Positions 47,651-61,103 of a stretch of 64,000 nucleotides of DNA are shown here, piece after piece; the stretch's first letter is position 1, and every line of letters starts with the position of its first letter. This stretch comes from the human T2T-CHM13v2.0 reference genome, Homo sapiens: NCBI RefSeq assembly GCF_009914755.1, contig NC_060933.1; one strand, 5' to 3'. The notes under the pieces are model-generated. The model saw only the letters and a program-made list of their open reading frames with translations, ran no database searches and had not been told where the DNA came from. A program made the translations under genes and the position numbers.

Positions 47651-48029
47651 TGTATTAGTTCATTTTCACACTGCTATGATGAACTGCCCAAGACTGGGTA
47701 CTTTATAAAGAAAGGAGGTTTAATTGACTCATAGTTCTGCATGGCTGGGGAAGCCTCAGGAAACTTGCAGTCACAGCGGAAAGGGAAGCAGACACCTTCT
47801 TCACAAGGTGGCAGGAGAGAGAGAGTGAGAGAGGAAGTGCCAAACTTTTAAAATCAACAGATCTTGTGAGAACTCCCTCACTATTGCGAGAACAGCATGG
47901 GAGAAACCACCCCCATGATCCAATCACCTCCCTTCCTCCACATGCGGGGAAAGCAGATTCCTCCCTTGACACATGGGGATTACAATTTTAGATGAAATTT
48001 GGGTGGGGACACGGAGCCAAACCATATCA
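47651..48029 (-). mobile_element. THE1 (C/D-like) MaLR solo LTR
   Basis: 'tgtattagttcattttcacactgct...gccaaaccatatca'; TSD aactc/aaccc. Confidence 0.92.
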
Positions 48030-48487
48030 AACCCTAAGGTGTTACTCTTCATACCTTGTATAGGAAGAATAAGTGACACAAAGAAGTTAAGCATTAAATA
48101 TCTTACCTAAGTTTTTGCACCTAAAAAGTTGCATAAAAGGCATATGAATAAAGTTTTGTGCTTTTCCCACTATGCTTCATGGTGTTATGTTTGTTTATTT
48201 AATGAAAGTATATAACCAGAAATACTTCATCCATACACCGTAAGTTCTTTGATGGAGCAAGGACACAGTATATTTTATCCCCACACCGAATCAATCAAAC
48301 AAACAAACAAAAAACCATTAGTGAATGTCATCTTACTCAGTGTATATGAGCAGTATGAACAGAACAGACTTGCAGCATGTTTTACTGACAGTGGTCATTG
48401 CTTGAAGGTGTTTTGTAACTTAAACTGTCACTTTCTAAGACTAAACAGAATTTTCCCACATATGGTCCAAATGAAATGCATAAGATT

Positions 48488-48816
<329 letters not shown>

Positions 48817-48829
48817 CTAACATTCTCCA

Positions 48830-50775
48830 TTTACATGTGACTATAGGATATCTCCAAATAGATATCTCACTAGTACCTCAAACTCAAAGAGTCCTATACT
48901 ATTACTACATCTTGTTCCCTTTCAAATGTCCTGTTTCCTCTGTGTTATGTGCAGAGCTGGTACCTAACAGTATAGCCCACACCCAGTGCTCATTCTTGAT
49001 CAGTATTCATATTATAGCAGTTATAGAATATTTTAATATTACCTTTAGTGGTTTTCCTATTAATGAAAGCACCACAACATTCTAAGGAACAAGTTTCAAA
49101 ATTTAAATTTTATTTATGCATTTTCAAATGAGTTGATAATTATTCCAATATTCCTTGTAAGTAATTCAGGATTCTGATCTTTTCTTTTCACTTCCATTGT
49201 TTTCCCTCAAAACTCACTACCTGATACTTGATCTATGACAATAGACTTCTAATTAGTGTTCCCTTCTTTCTTCTTTTGTTCCATGTTCTATTTTGTGAAG
49301 CATGTTCTATACCTGAGAATTTTTTTCATGATTGTGTATGATTACTCAAATATACTATCTAATATTATTATCTTAGCCTTTATTTCTCTATAATCTAGTC
49401 CCTAGTTGTATTTTCAATATTATTTTTCAATGTTACTCTTTCATCTCACTACATTGATTAAACATCCCCTTTACTGTAAGCCTTCCTTGCCTATCAATGC
49501 TTTGTGTCTTTGCTCATGATGTTCCTCCACATATACTGTATTTTTTAAAATATGAATTTATTCAAATCCTACCTAACCTTGAACCAACAGCTCAAATGCC
49601 ACTGGACTAGTGATATCCTTCTTTGTTCCCTCTACTCGTAGTAGTCTCACTATCTCTCTAAATTTCTATGGCCCCTGTATTTACATGTTTTGTGGCAATT
49701 ATTCTCTTTGCAATTAGAGTGCCATTTTGGTTTTCCATCTACAGCATAGATAGAACAATGGAGAAGATCATCCATTAGAATTTTAAGCACAAGGTCCTTT
49801 TTAATTTAATTTTGTGTCACTTCCAATGCCCAACACATTGCCTGCCTCAGAGTAAGCATTAAAATAATATTGGAGAAATTAATATCATCCTATAAACCAG
49901 TGAACAGCATAGTTATCATACTGAGTTATTTAAGCTCAAAATACATGGTCAGATTAAAACTCATAAAATAATATAAAGATTAACATGATGCACTATGGGT
50001 TTTCTAATCTAATCACCTTGTAGATGTTATGCTTTCAAATTGCTTTTTCCCATGTAATATCTCACTGCCAATTAGGATATATGTATTAATAACTTTCAAT
50101 CTATCTATTGCATTTTTTCTTAGGACACACTGACTGTATTTACAACAGTTATCTCAAATTTACCAAATAATGAATCAAATTTATTCTTTTCCTTACCTAC
50201 TGATATAAATATTCTCTGATAATTCCTGCTTGGTTTAATAGTGTCACCATATAATTAGTCTACCAAGTCAGACATCTAAGAATTATCTTTGTATTTTTCC
50301 TCTTCCTTATCTGCCCTGTAACTAGTGAAATACCAAGTCCATAAACTCTTTCTTATTTAATATGTGCATTTTGCTTTCATAGTTAAAGTCTGTGCTACAT
50401 ACCAATTGGCTACAGGATAAATGTTAAGCACTTAAGGAGAATTCAAAGTCCTAACAGTCTGTTCCTAATCTCTTTCCAGCCTCATTTCTTGTCATCATCT
50501 CCTTTTTTAATCTTCTCTGAATCCTATTCACATTTAAATGCTAACTATAGCACAATCACATCTTGATGTTGCATACTTCTGTGGTGCACATCTCTTTTTT
50601 CCTAAATTGCTTTTCCATTTCTTTGTCACCCATCCCTGTGGCAATGCTTTTCATTCAACATTTCCATTTTTTTTCTCTGTAGATAAGTGACCTTACCATT
50701 TACTCTATGTTAATTTCTTAATATGATACTTGACACCTGATAGGTCTTCAGTAAATATTTTCAAACAATAAAATA
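48830..50775 (+). mobile_element. Two degraded L2 3' fragments
   Basis: 'gatatctccaaatagatatctcactagtacctcaaactcaa', 'cagctcaaatgccact', and tails 'cacattgcctgcctcagagtaagcattaaaataat' (about 49840) and 'gataggtcttcagtaaatattt' (about 50740). Confidence 0.55.
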
Positions 50776-52828
50776 TTTTTCTGTACACTACTTACGAATT
50801 TTCGTGTGATCCACGACAATGCAAAATGTAACTTGTGTGGCTTTCCATTGCTTTTCTTAGGATCAAAAATACGTGATTTTAAATTATTCAGTAGAAGAAT
50901 GCTACTCTTAAGCTTATGCATATGAATGCATTTTCATGTAGCAGAATTTCACATCTTCAGTCATTGAGTAAGCCAATAAGTGGCTACAAGTGCAATATTT
51001 AATTCTGGAAATTTCAAAATTAAATCAAGTTTTATCACATTTGATTGCATTAAGTTGTGCTAAAGCTGGCATGACAGTGTTATCTAATAATGAGCTGGCC
51101 TTAATTGTGTCAAAAATTATGATTTATTGTGAATAAATAAAAATACCAGTCTGTTTCTTTATAGCTTTTCATAACTGCAATAAATGCATGTTTTATAATT
51201 TCTGCATAACCTCATTTTAATTAATATTATCAATTATTTCAGCAGATAGTTACCCTGACCATTAACTAAAATTTTTCAATTATTGTTTTAATCTGGTTTG
51301 AAAAAATCATTTCAGATTTTTCAGCTATGTCAATAAGAAGTGTTACGTTTCTTTGTTGTTGTTTAAAAAACACAGATTTTTTTTTTTTGAAACTCATAAA
51401 CATTGCGGGTCTTTCCAAAGAAAAAGAGTTTTTAAACATTTTAATCTTACGACAGACATTAGCCCAATATTTAATAAGACCCACATCATGACTCATTTTA
51501 AAATTCTGACCTGTAGGCCATCAACCTGTTTTCCCTGACAATAACAATATCTAGTTATTGGTTCTGTCTTTCATTTTGGACACAGTGTGTGTAGTATATA
51601 TGGGGGAAGGGGAAATTCTTTTCCTGAGATCTACAGTTATGTGATAATTTCTTCACTGTGGGAATTTGACATCCATTATCTCAGATTTTTCTTTTCATAG
51701 GAAACAAACAAACAAAAGTATATTTTTGTTTTGTATCATGGTTTTCTGAATATATGGTGGAGGTGGAAAAGATGATTAGCTAGGAAGGATATTAGACTTC
51801 ATGTAAATAAAATTGAGTCACCTATATATGGGATTAATACAGGAACATATCTTGGGTATTCAAGGAAATATATATTTCAAAGCCAACTAGCCAAAAATTT
51901 TATGATTTTTTTCTCAGTTGTGTTTGCCAATTGTTATTCTATTAATACATACCTCCCATGCCGACAGCATTAAATCTGCAGAAGTACAGAATTAACTAAC
52001 AAGCTCTAAGAGATTGTGAAAGAAATAATGTTTATTGCCCTTCTTGTTTATTATAATATAAAATTACTAAACAAATGTCACTATGCACCACTCACTATAT
52101 GCCACTCAATTAGGCATTTGCATACACATGCATACAGATATACAATGTATACTCAGAGTAATGCGGATAAATCAACCACATGAAATTACTAAAAGACAGA
52201 TAATCAAGTTATTCTCCATTGAATAAGCATGATTTTTATTAATAAAGATTAGTGTACAACTCTCTCATTTCTAGGAATGACAAAATTACATTGTAACTGT
52301 ATAATGAAAAGGTCCGTACATATGTATACTAAAACATGAGATTACCTCACAGATGATATTGCTTAATTAATTTTTATGAGTGCAAACTCATAAAAATACT
52401 CATAAAAACAACTCAGCCTCAGTCATTTATATGAAGTCCACTTTTTTCGCAGATCTCAGTATGCTGTAAAAGAAAAATAAAACAATATTTTGGGGAATTG
52501 CAATAGTCCAGACATGATCTAACAAAAGCCTAAGAAATCATGCATCTTAGAAAAGAGAAGAAAGAAAATATACAGAAAAAATAAGTGGCCAAGAAATTCA
52601 TAATTTTCTAAATCTCAACCCAGATATTCCCTAAGGTTGGATTCAAAATAAAATAATTAAACCACTACAAGGAAGGCACTGATATGTTGCTCATAAACAC
52701 AGACATTCTGATCACTCATTCCCTTAAACTCTTTGCAAACGTCTTTTTTCAAATAATAAACTATTCTTGATATGTTTATAGAGGCTAGAATTCTCATACA
52801 AAACGCTTTGACCTCTTATAAATATCTT

Positions 52829-52853
52829 ATATATATATATATATATATATATA
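52829..52853. repeat. (TA)n microsatellite
   Basis: Directly visible. Confidence 0.95.
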
Positions 52854-53188
52854 AAACTCTTGTAAATGACAGATATATGGTAGATTTTATTTTCAACGTA
52901 TCATCTAAACAATTATGATATTAATATAGCCATATTGCTAGGGGAAAGAAGCAACCCTATAGCTGATGGTTTCTAATCTTTCTGGAAGGTACCCTCATGG
53001 CTAACAGCTAACATGATCTCTTGGACTGCTCTCTGTCTGACACCTTCTCAATCACATAGCTTTCCTCTTATTTGGCACAGTTTTTTCCTCACTGGAACTT
53101 GAGGATAGAGTGGTTGAAGTAATGATAGTGAAGTATGTTAATACCCTGTAGGTATTTGAAGCCATACAAAACTGATTTTCCCATGGAA

Positions 53189-53292
<104 letters not shown>

Positions 53293-56200
53293 CCTCCTAC
53301 CTAGGTATTGGTTACAGACTATCATATGACAATTCAGGAAAAGCTTTATACATTAGCATCTGCCTTTTTAGTAAGTCAAGCAATTTATAGGTTTTCTAAT
53401 GTTTTACATTTCATTAGTTTATTGATTTTTCTTGCAAATTCTGATTATCAAATATTAATACATAAAGTATTTTAATAATTCCCTCTTATAATTACTCCAG
53501 TCGTATCCCTCTTTATTCAGATTATTCTGTCTAAATTTGGAGAAAGCAGCTATACTTTTTATTCTGCCAAGGAATCTAAAAATCTGAGACTCAAATGAAA
53601 TTTTAGAGCTGAACCATCTGCTGAAATTTCAGCCCTGCTATTTCCCTGAATTGATTATTTAAAAATCTAAGTAGAAGGAAAGTGGTTGACAAAAGATGCC
53701 CAAACAGTACAAAATAGGGGAAACATATTTCACGTATAGGAACATAAATCACAATTTTGGTTGTAGATTTTAAAAAGGTAGTGTCAAATTTATTTTCATG
53801 GAGTAAGTTGCCACAATTTTGGAGATAGTTAAAGGGAACCATTACCTACAATAGCACTGAACACCAGACAACAGGCTTTTCCTGGCAAAAATCTCAACAC
53901 ATATCTCTAAGCACTCACATAGGCTATCATGCTCAATTCTCCATAGAATGATGAATTCTGATCTTGTAGATGAAGGAACCGTAGCTCCAAGTGAGAAGAG
54001 GATGTGTCCAGGTTCTCACAAGCGTTACATGGCAGAGCTGGAAATAAAACCTTGATTTTTTTAAAAATACAATCCATGACCTTCGAGTTTTTTTCCAAGA
54101 TTTCTTTTCAAAAAAGGAAAAGCAAGAATATGGGGTATCATGAGAGCTTTGAAACTCTCCCCTGAATAAGCTGATTGATTATAACCCCACCTTATCGAGC
54201 ATTTAAATGGTGTTGCAAAATTATATCTACAGTGAAGTGTCATTAATATGAAAATATCAGCAATAGCCTTAAATTACATATAAAGAACATAATATGAAAA
54301 TGAGATCACTATTAATACTGTAATATGTATGTAACAGTCCCTAAATATTACAGTCCATCTCTTAAATGACTATGGTTATACATAGTATAATCTTAGAATG
54401 AGTGTATTCTCTTGTTTCAAGAATTAGTGAACTGCCTAGAAATTCTCCCCATACATGTATTTGAAATTGTTTCTGAAAATGTTTCTCATTTTCCCTACTT
54501 GCTTCTTTCCTGGTCTTTCTTTAGCTTCATGCTATGTGCATCTGAATGGTAGATTAAAGGCTTGGAAGCAATAGTTTTCCCTCAATACTATTCAAATTTC
54601 TTCCTACGTGTTTTTATGCTGATAACCCTGCCAAGAAACATCCTTGATAGATAACTTCCAAAATTAGATAGCAAATAACTAATTTAAACTTGACATTTGA
54701 TTACTATTTTACTATAGATACATATTTGTCCACAAGTATACAAGAATAAGTTGAAAACATGGGACATTATTTCAAAAATAACATAAGGGAAAATGCACAC
54801 TCAAGAGTAATACATGAAAGAGAAGCAACATACTCAGAATTTACAGGAATGTGATACCGTAATAGGCTTAAATTTCAGCCATATATAATTTCATAAAAGT
54901 TCTTTCATATGCTCGGTAAATTACCAAGTAGGCTGACTTCTAGTAAAGACCTGGACCTTCCTATGGTCAGCTCTTAGAGGTCGCTTTTTATTCACACACA
55001 TGTTGCAAAATGCCCTTAGGTAGGAGATTTCCAATATGTACAATTTTATCCCTGTTTTATTTATACATAAGCATTAGAATAGGAACAATGAGATTTGATT
55101 CCCAGATAAAAGATTTATTCTCTGAAATGCTATCTGTTTGTTCACTCACTGTTCTTGTGTCACTCCTTTGTCCTTTGTGAACAGCTACAGCAACTGCAAA
55201 ATGAATGTCCAGTGCCAATTTGCGAAACCATTTCTTTACAAATTACTATATCTTGTTTGGAAAGCTGAGAGCACCAGTATATTACATCTGATCTTTTAAA
55301 AAGTAGCAAAGATAAATGGGAAAGAAAGAAGTAAAATCAAGCAAATACAAAAAAAAAGGAGAAAGATTTTTCACTTAAAAAAATCCAGTGTCTTAAAATG
55401 GAAACTTTATTCATTATTTTATGCTACTGGAGTGCCGTCTGTCTTTTAATGTTATTACGTGCATTTAATTGGACCCTAGGGATTTACGACTTATGTTCCC
55501 ACTTACGTTCCTTAATAAAGAAAGGACAGAACCTTGTTTTTATTTTAAAGTGGATTTTTTAAAATTTTAAAGCAGCTTTGCTTTCTCTATTATTTCAAAT
55601 ATTAGATTGTTTTAAAACTAGTTGAATAAAGCAGTAATTATTAGTGCAAAGATAATATATTTTTCTCAGTAGAGATAAGACAGCTCATATCTTAATGTTT
55701 TCCAGGAATGTAAATCAAGGCTTAATAATATTTTCAATAATCAGTTTGAGGATAATCCACTACAGTAGTCAATGTGTGATGCTACTAATTAGCACTGAAT
55801 AATTAATGCCGATGTACCATCATTTCCAGAGGGCTCTCTATTGTTTCATACACTTCAAGAAAATGCCTGTCATATAGACCTTTTATTACGCTTCCATCAG
55901 AAAAATAATGGTGCTATGACTTTTACATTACAGAAACAGTATTGTGTAATGGGACACATAATGGCTTGAAAATCAAAGTGTCATATTTCAAGTCTGGCTC
56001 ACTGATCAGCTCCATGTTCTTAGGTTAGATGATGTAATCTCCATTTCTCATCTGCAAAAGGTAGGTATTTTAGATCCAGTATCTCCCAGTCTGTGTCCAC
56101 TTAATAACTAATCTAAAACATTTGTATTATCTATGTCCTAGTTCTGTTGCAGCATGTTCCCTTGCAGGAGTCAGGCTGATCTGGAATTCAATTCTGACAT

Positions 56201-56323
56201 TTTCCTTAGTAATTCTTATGCATCTTAAAATATGAAGAACCCAGACTACATTAGTTTGAAGGTTCCTTTAAGCTCTGGCATTCTATGATTTTAAATTTCA
56301 ATAAAATAATTACATATGCAAAG

Positions 56324-57330
56324 TGTCAAATAACAAATCTGCTCTTAGGTGAAGAGAGACTTTATTAGAAAGAATTATTGTCATAAGGACAAAGGGTGAA
56401 TTTTAACGGATAGAAAGAGACTATTGCAATAGATCTACGAACACCTTAAAGGTTAGGCAAAAAGGGGCTTTTATTATTTAGGAAGGGGTAAACAAAGGTA
56501 GAAGGAATGGAGTGTGGGAGGGTGAGAAGAGACAGTGACATGATTGGATAGTTGATCAGGAATGTCTTTCCTTCAGGTCAGCAGATTCTCAGGAGAGACC
56601 CAGGAGGGGTATGCTGTCTCAGGCTGAGGGTGGGTCAAAATTCAAGAGTTCAAGGGAGGGAAGAAGTCTAACTTAGTCAATCCTTTAACAAGCTGATATG
56701 GTTAGGCTTTGTGTCCCCACCGAAATCTCATCTTGAATTATAATTCCCGTAATCCCCATGTGTTGAGGGAAGGACCCACTGGGAGGTGATTGGATCATGT
56801 GGGTAGTTTCCCCCAAGCTGTTCTCTTATTAGTGAGTGAGTTTGTGTGAGATCTGATGATTTTATAAATGGTAGTATTTCCTGCACTCTCACACGTGCTC
56901 TCACCTGCTGCCATGTAAGGTTTATTTACCTCCCGGTCTGCCATGATTGTAAGTTTACTGAGGCCTCCCCAGCCATGCAGAACTGTGAGTTGATTAAACT
57001 CCTTTTTCATTATAAAATACTCAGTCTTAAACAGTTCTTTATAGCAGTGTGAAAACAAGTTAATACACAAGCCTTTTTTCTCTTTGGTAAGTGGGGACAA
57101 GCAGTTCAGGTAATCTTTATGAAGCAAAGAACGGGAAATTTGAATGGCCTGTGTCTGGCTTTGTCATAAGTAAACAAGGAGGCCATTTATGAATCTTATG
57201 TCAGTCATATGGAGAAAAGGGAAAGGTTCCCTGCACTAAGCTACTTCTAGAACACAAAAGTTTGGGGGTTGCGGGGAGCAGTACTTAATATTACTGTTTG
57301 CCAGGACCCAAGTAAAATTCAACATTGTCA
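56324..57330. mobile_element. ERV1-class solo LTR (MER67/MER31-like), interrupted by THE1
   Basis: TG...CA termini ('tgtcaaataac', 'caacattgtca'); 'gagagactttatt...gactattgcaatag' is shared with the LTR at 59.9 kb. Family assignment uncertain. Confidence 0.6.
56694..57067 (+). mobile_element. THE1D-like MaLR solo LTR
   Basis: 'tgatatggttaggctttgtgtccccacc...tatagcagtgtgaaaacaagttaataca'; perfect TSD caagc. Confidence 0.94.
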
Positions 57331-57586
57331 GAAACAACTTCTGTATTAGGTGAAAAAATTAATCCTTTAAAACTATTATAGAAAAGAATCACTCAGTTTC
57401 AAAACTCCACAAGAGAAGGCATTGTTAAATTTAGGATGCACATCTCTAGCAAAAATAGTGAAGTTTTGCAAAGGCAGAACACAGACCTCAGTTTAGTATG
57501 GGACTTTATTCTCTCAGGGTGCTAGTTTGTGAAATCACCAGCTACATTTTTATTTCACAATGGTGAACCACTTCCTCATGACCATG

Positions 57587-57617
57587 GATAACATGCTTGG
57601 CCTTTTTTGGATAGAAA

Positions 57618-57650
<33 letters not shown>

Positions 57651-57697
57651 TGTGTGTGTGTATCCCTGATAACATGCTTGGCCTTTTTTGGATAGAA

Positions 57698-57744
<47 letters not shown>

Positions 57745-57748
57745 TCCT
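57587..57748. repeat. 81-bp tandem duplication containing (GT)n
   Basis: 'gataacatgcttggccttttttggatagaaatt(gt)n gtat(c/t)cct' at 57587-57667 and 57668-57748. Confidence 0.95.
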
Positions 57749-58669
57749 GTCAGCTTACTGTCCCCAGCACAAAAGAGCTCTGCAAATTTAGGACGAAGGC
57801 AGCAAATCTGGGGCACCCTGCCCCCAGACTACTCCAAGTAGAGGCTGACCTACCATTCATAGCAATGAAAAGCATTAAACATTTAAACAGCTTCTTGTTA
57901 TCAAAATTGCTTATCTTGTCCCTTTTAATAATCAGTCCTTTGATTTTCCTGCCAAGTGTATCATCCCACTTAGCAGGAAAAATGTTATTTATTTCTTCTG
58001 GTTACTATAGCCTGCTTTTCCTACCCCACCCAACACACATACACACACTCACTTACACATATGTACACACAAAAGCGATTTTGGTGATGAATTACTCAAA
58101 CAGAAAGATATAGAGCAGTTTGAGGAGAGAGTCAATGTGCTGCTCTCTTATAGAGCAGATTATTGTTTATAGGCATGGCTTGACAATTCATGTAGTACAT
58201 GTTTTGTCTATGAAAAAGATTTATTTGTTACAGTGGGTAAATAATTTCTTCAGAGATGCATCTGTGTTGTTGCCTACAGAGTATTTAGAGAGTCTGTATT
58301 TAGACTCTCTAAAAGATATTTTTTTTTCTTAAGGAATGCGTGAGACAATAGGAAATTATTCTCAGCCTTGAAGCTTACTAGTTGATTATTCAATGCTCAT
58401 TTTTATAAAAAGAGTGGGATGATGTGGAGGATCCGTTCTTACTGAAAATGAAGTGTAATTTTTTAATACTCTTTAAAATTTACTGGCATTAAAAAAAATC
58501 ATGTAACTCCTGGCCTTGACTTAGTTTGGGGTAAGTATTGAGTGATTCTTTCTAGAAAGGAACCTCTTGAATACATTGTTTACAAACAGGTTTTATAATT
58601 TACCATCATTAAAATATATTAGCAATATATTTTAGTATTATTAATTATTTAATATTAATTTAAAAATAG

Positions 58670-58814
58670 TAATAATGATAGCTAAAGAGGTCATTCTGTT
58701 GACCAGCACTTGACAGTGTTTCATTTACTTCTTACAAAACCCTGGTTATAAACATATTATTATACCTATTTTTCAGATAAAGAAAATGAAGTTAGAATGG
58801 CAGTATGATGTATT
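58670..58814 (-). mobile_element. MIR (split by MER41; continues at about 59440-59490)
   Basis: 'tattattatacctatttttcagataaagaaaatgaag'. Confidence 0.6.
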
Positions 58815-59436
58815 TGTCAGAGGCATTAGAACCACAGCTATTCCATCTTGAATAGGGGCTTGGGAAAATGAGGCTGAGACCTACCGGGCTGCATTCCCAG
58901 GTGGTTAGGCCTTCTTAGTCAGGGGATGAGATAGGAGGTTGGCACAAAATACGGGTTACAAAGATATTGCTGATGAAACAGTTTGTGGTAAAAAAGCCGG
59001 ACAAATCCCACCAAAACGAAGATGGTTAGGAAAATGCCTTCTGGCCATCATCACTACTGATTATATGCTAATTATATTGCATTAGCATGCAAAAAGACAC
59101 TCCTACCAGTGCCATGACAGTTTACAAATGCCATAGCATGTCGAGAAGTTACCCTATATGGTCTAAAAGGGGGAGGAACCCTCAGTTATAGGAAGTGCCC
59201 CTTGTTAGTGTGTAATAATCCACCCCTTGTTTAGCAAGTAATCAAGAAATAACCATAAAAATAGCCAACCAGCAGCCCTTTGGTCTACTCTGCCTATGGA
59301 GTAGCCATTCTTTATTTTTTTACTTTCTTAATAAACTTGCTTTCACTTTACTCTATGGATTCACCTCAAATTCTTTCTTTTGTGAGATACAAGAACCTGC
59401 TCTTGGGGTCTAGATCAGAACCCCTTTCTGGTAATA
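58815..59436 (+). mobile_element. MER41B ERV1 solo LTR
   Basis: 'tgtcagaggcattagaaccacagctattccatcttgaatagggg...ttaataaacttgctttcactttac...cccctttctggtaata'; 4-bp TSD tatt/taat. Confidence 0.93.
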
Positions 59437-59539
59437 TAATCGGAGGCATATACTCTAGAGTTTCACTGTCTGGATTAGAATCTGAGTTCTAATAACAAGT
59501 TTTGTGACAACTTTTAAATTAATAAAAATATTAGGAATA

Positions 59540-59846
59540 GGTTGGGAGCAGTGGCTCGCGCCTGTAATCCCAGCTTTGGAGGCCGAGGAGGGCGTATCAC
59601 CTGAGATCAGAAGTTCCAGATCAACCTGACGAACATGGTGAAAACCTGTCTCTATTAAAAATACAAAAATTAGCTGAGCATGGTGGTGCACACCTGCAGT
59701 CCAAGCTACACAGAAGGCTGAGGCAGGAGAATCGCTTGAACCCTTGAACCCGGGAGGTGGAGGTTGCAGTGAGTTGAGATTGTGTCACTGCACTCCAGCC
59801 TGGACAACAGAGTGAGACTTCGTCTCAAAAGAAAAAAAAAAAAAAA
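59540..59846 (+). mobile_element. AluS SINE
   Basis: Full dimer with A tail; short TSD aggaata. Confidence 0.95.
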
Positions 59847-59924
59847 GGAATAATAAACCATACGTAGGACACATCTGACAGAATTGCTTTGAGCCCCTAA
59901 ATAAGATTTTACATCTAAAACATT

Positions 59925-61103
59925 ATCAAATCAAAAACTACATCTGACAAAGTTGAACAGGCAAGTAAGATACTATTTAGGGCTATTGCAATAGGGGAAT
60001 GTGGAGACCACATCCCTCGGCTCCCTGGAAATTCACTGAAAATCACTGACATGAGCAGATTGATTAATAGAAGAAAAGGCATACAAATTTATTTAACGTG
60101 TATACATAGGAGCCTTCAGAATGAAGACTCAAAGATATACAGGAAATTGTCCATTTTTGTGCCTAGGTTTAACAAAGTATAGACAGCTGTGTAGAAATAT
60201 GATAGGACAAACACGGTATGATCTAATGTTAATAGACTGAGTGGGAAAATTCAGCAATCCCTGCCTGTCTAGATTATTCTGTGCCTTTCTGAGCATGCAT
60301 TCTTCTCCTTTTGGGTTTGGGGCAATTGAAATGGGGATCTTACGGCCTACAGTCAAACAAGATAAGTCAGATAATTTCTTTATGGCCAGCTTTTACACAG
60401 AAAGGTGGAGAAAAAATTAGAGTAATATTTTTAGATTTTATGGCTGGCATTGGGAAAAGGGGCTTCTGGTTTCTATGACCCACTGTACGAAGAGGGATTC
60501 TAGTTTCTATGACCAGCCTTGGGAGAAAATAGGACTGAGTGATAGGAGGGCAGGAGAAGGTCAGTAAAAAGCTTTTACTTCTGAGGCTGCTTCTGCGGCT
60601 TTTATTCTGAGGTATTGTTGTCTGTGTCCCATCAGAATAGAGACTGGAATGCAGTCTGAACTTTAACTTCATTGAAACAAACCTTGGGAGAATTTTTAAG
60701 AACTAGGATGAGAGGGAGAATTAGGCCATCTGTGTTTGCCAATTAGTTTTACCCAGAAGGAAGTTAAACTTTCTTCTCTCATCATAAGAGTATGTAATTT
60801 TACAACTTGGAGCAAGAAGTCCATCTAAGTCGGTCTCCAACCTGGGAGATAGGAATGCCATCTTCTTTGATGTTTGTATTTCAAAGGGATGGCTCCCAGG
60901 TCCTTAAGAAAAACAGTCCTGGGTTGGAAAACTGGCAGGAGAACTTTTTTAAAAATTGGTATTTCAAAGGAATAGAAAAAAAGTACAATTACAAGTTTTT
61001 CTTAAGTAAATTATCTAAGAAAAGGAAAGTCAGGGATCTAGAGTTAGGAAGAAGCTTGTCAAGTTTAGTCAAACTGAGAGAAACTTCAAGGCCCTCTTGG
61101 TCA
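59925..61103. mobile_element. MER31-like ERV1 LTR, interrupted at about 60000-60634
   Basis: 'aaagttgaacaggcaag...ctattgcaatagggga' resumes as 'gagactggaatgcagtctgaac'; ends 'ggccctcttggtca'. Confidence 0.65.
60000..60634 (-). mobile_element. MER39/MER34-group ERV1 solo LTR
   Basis: 'aaaatcactgacatgagcagattgattaatagaagaaaaggcatacaaatttattt...gaggtattgttgtctgtgtcccatca'; gaat on both flanks. Confidence 0.7.

Noticed and set aside
57550-58113. ORFs with repeated peptides (DNMLGLFWIEIV x2), or a CRISPR-like repeat
   Set aside because: Explained by the 81-bp tandem duplication with a GT tract. The context is eukaryotic, with only two units and no unique spacers.
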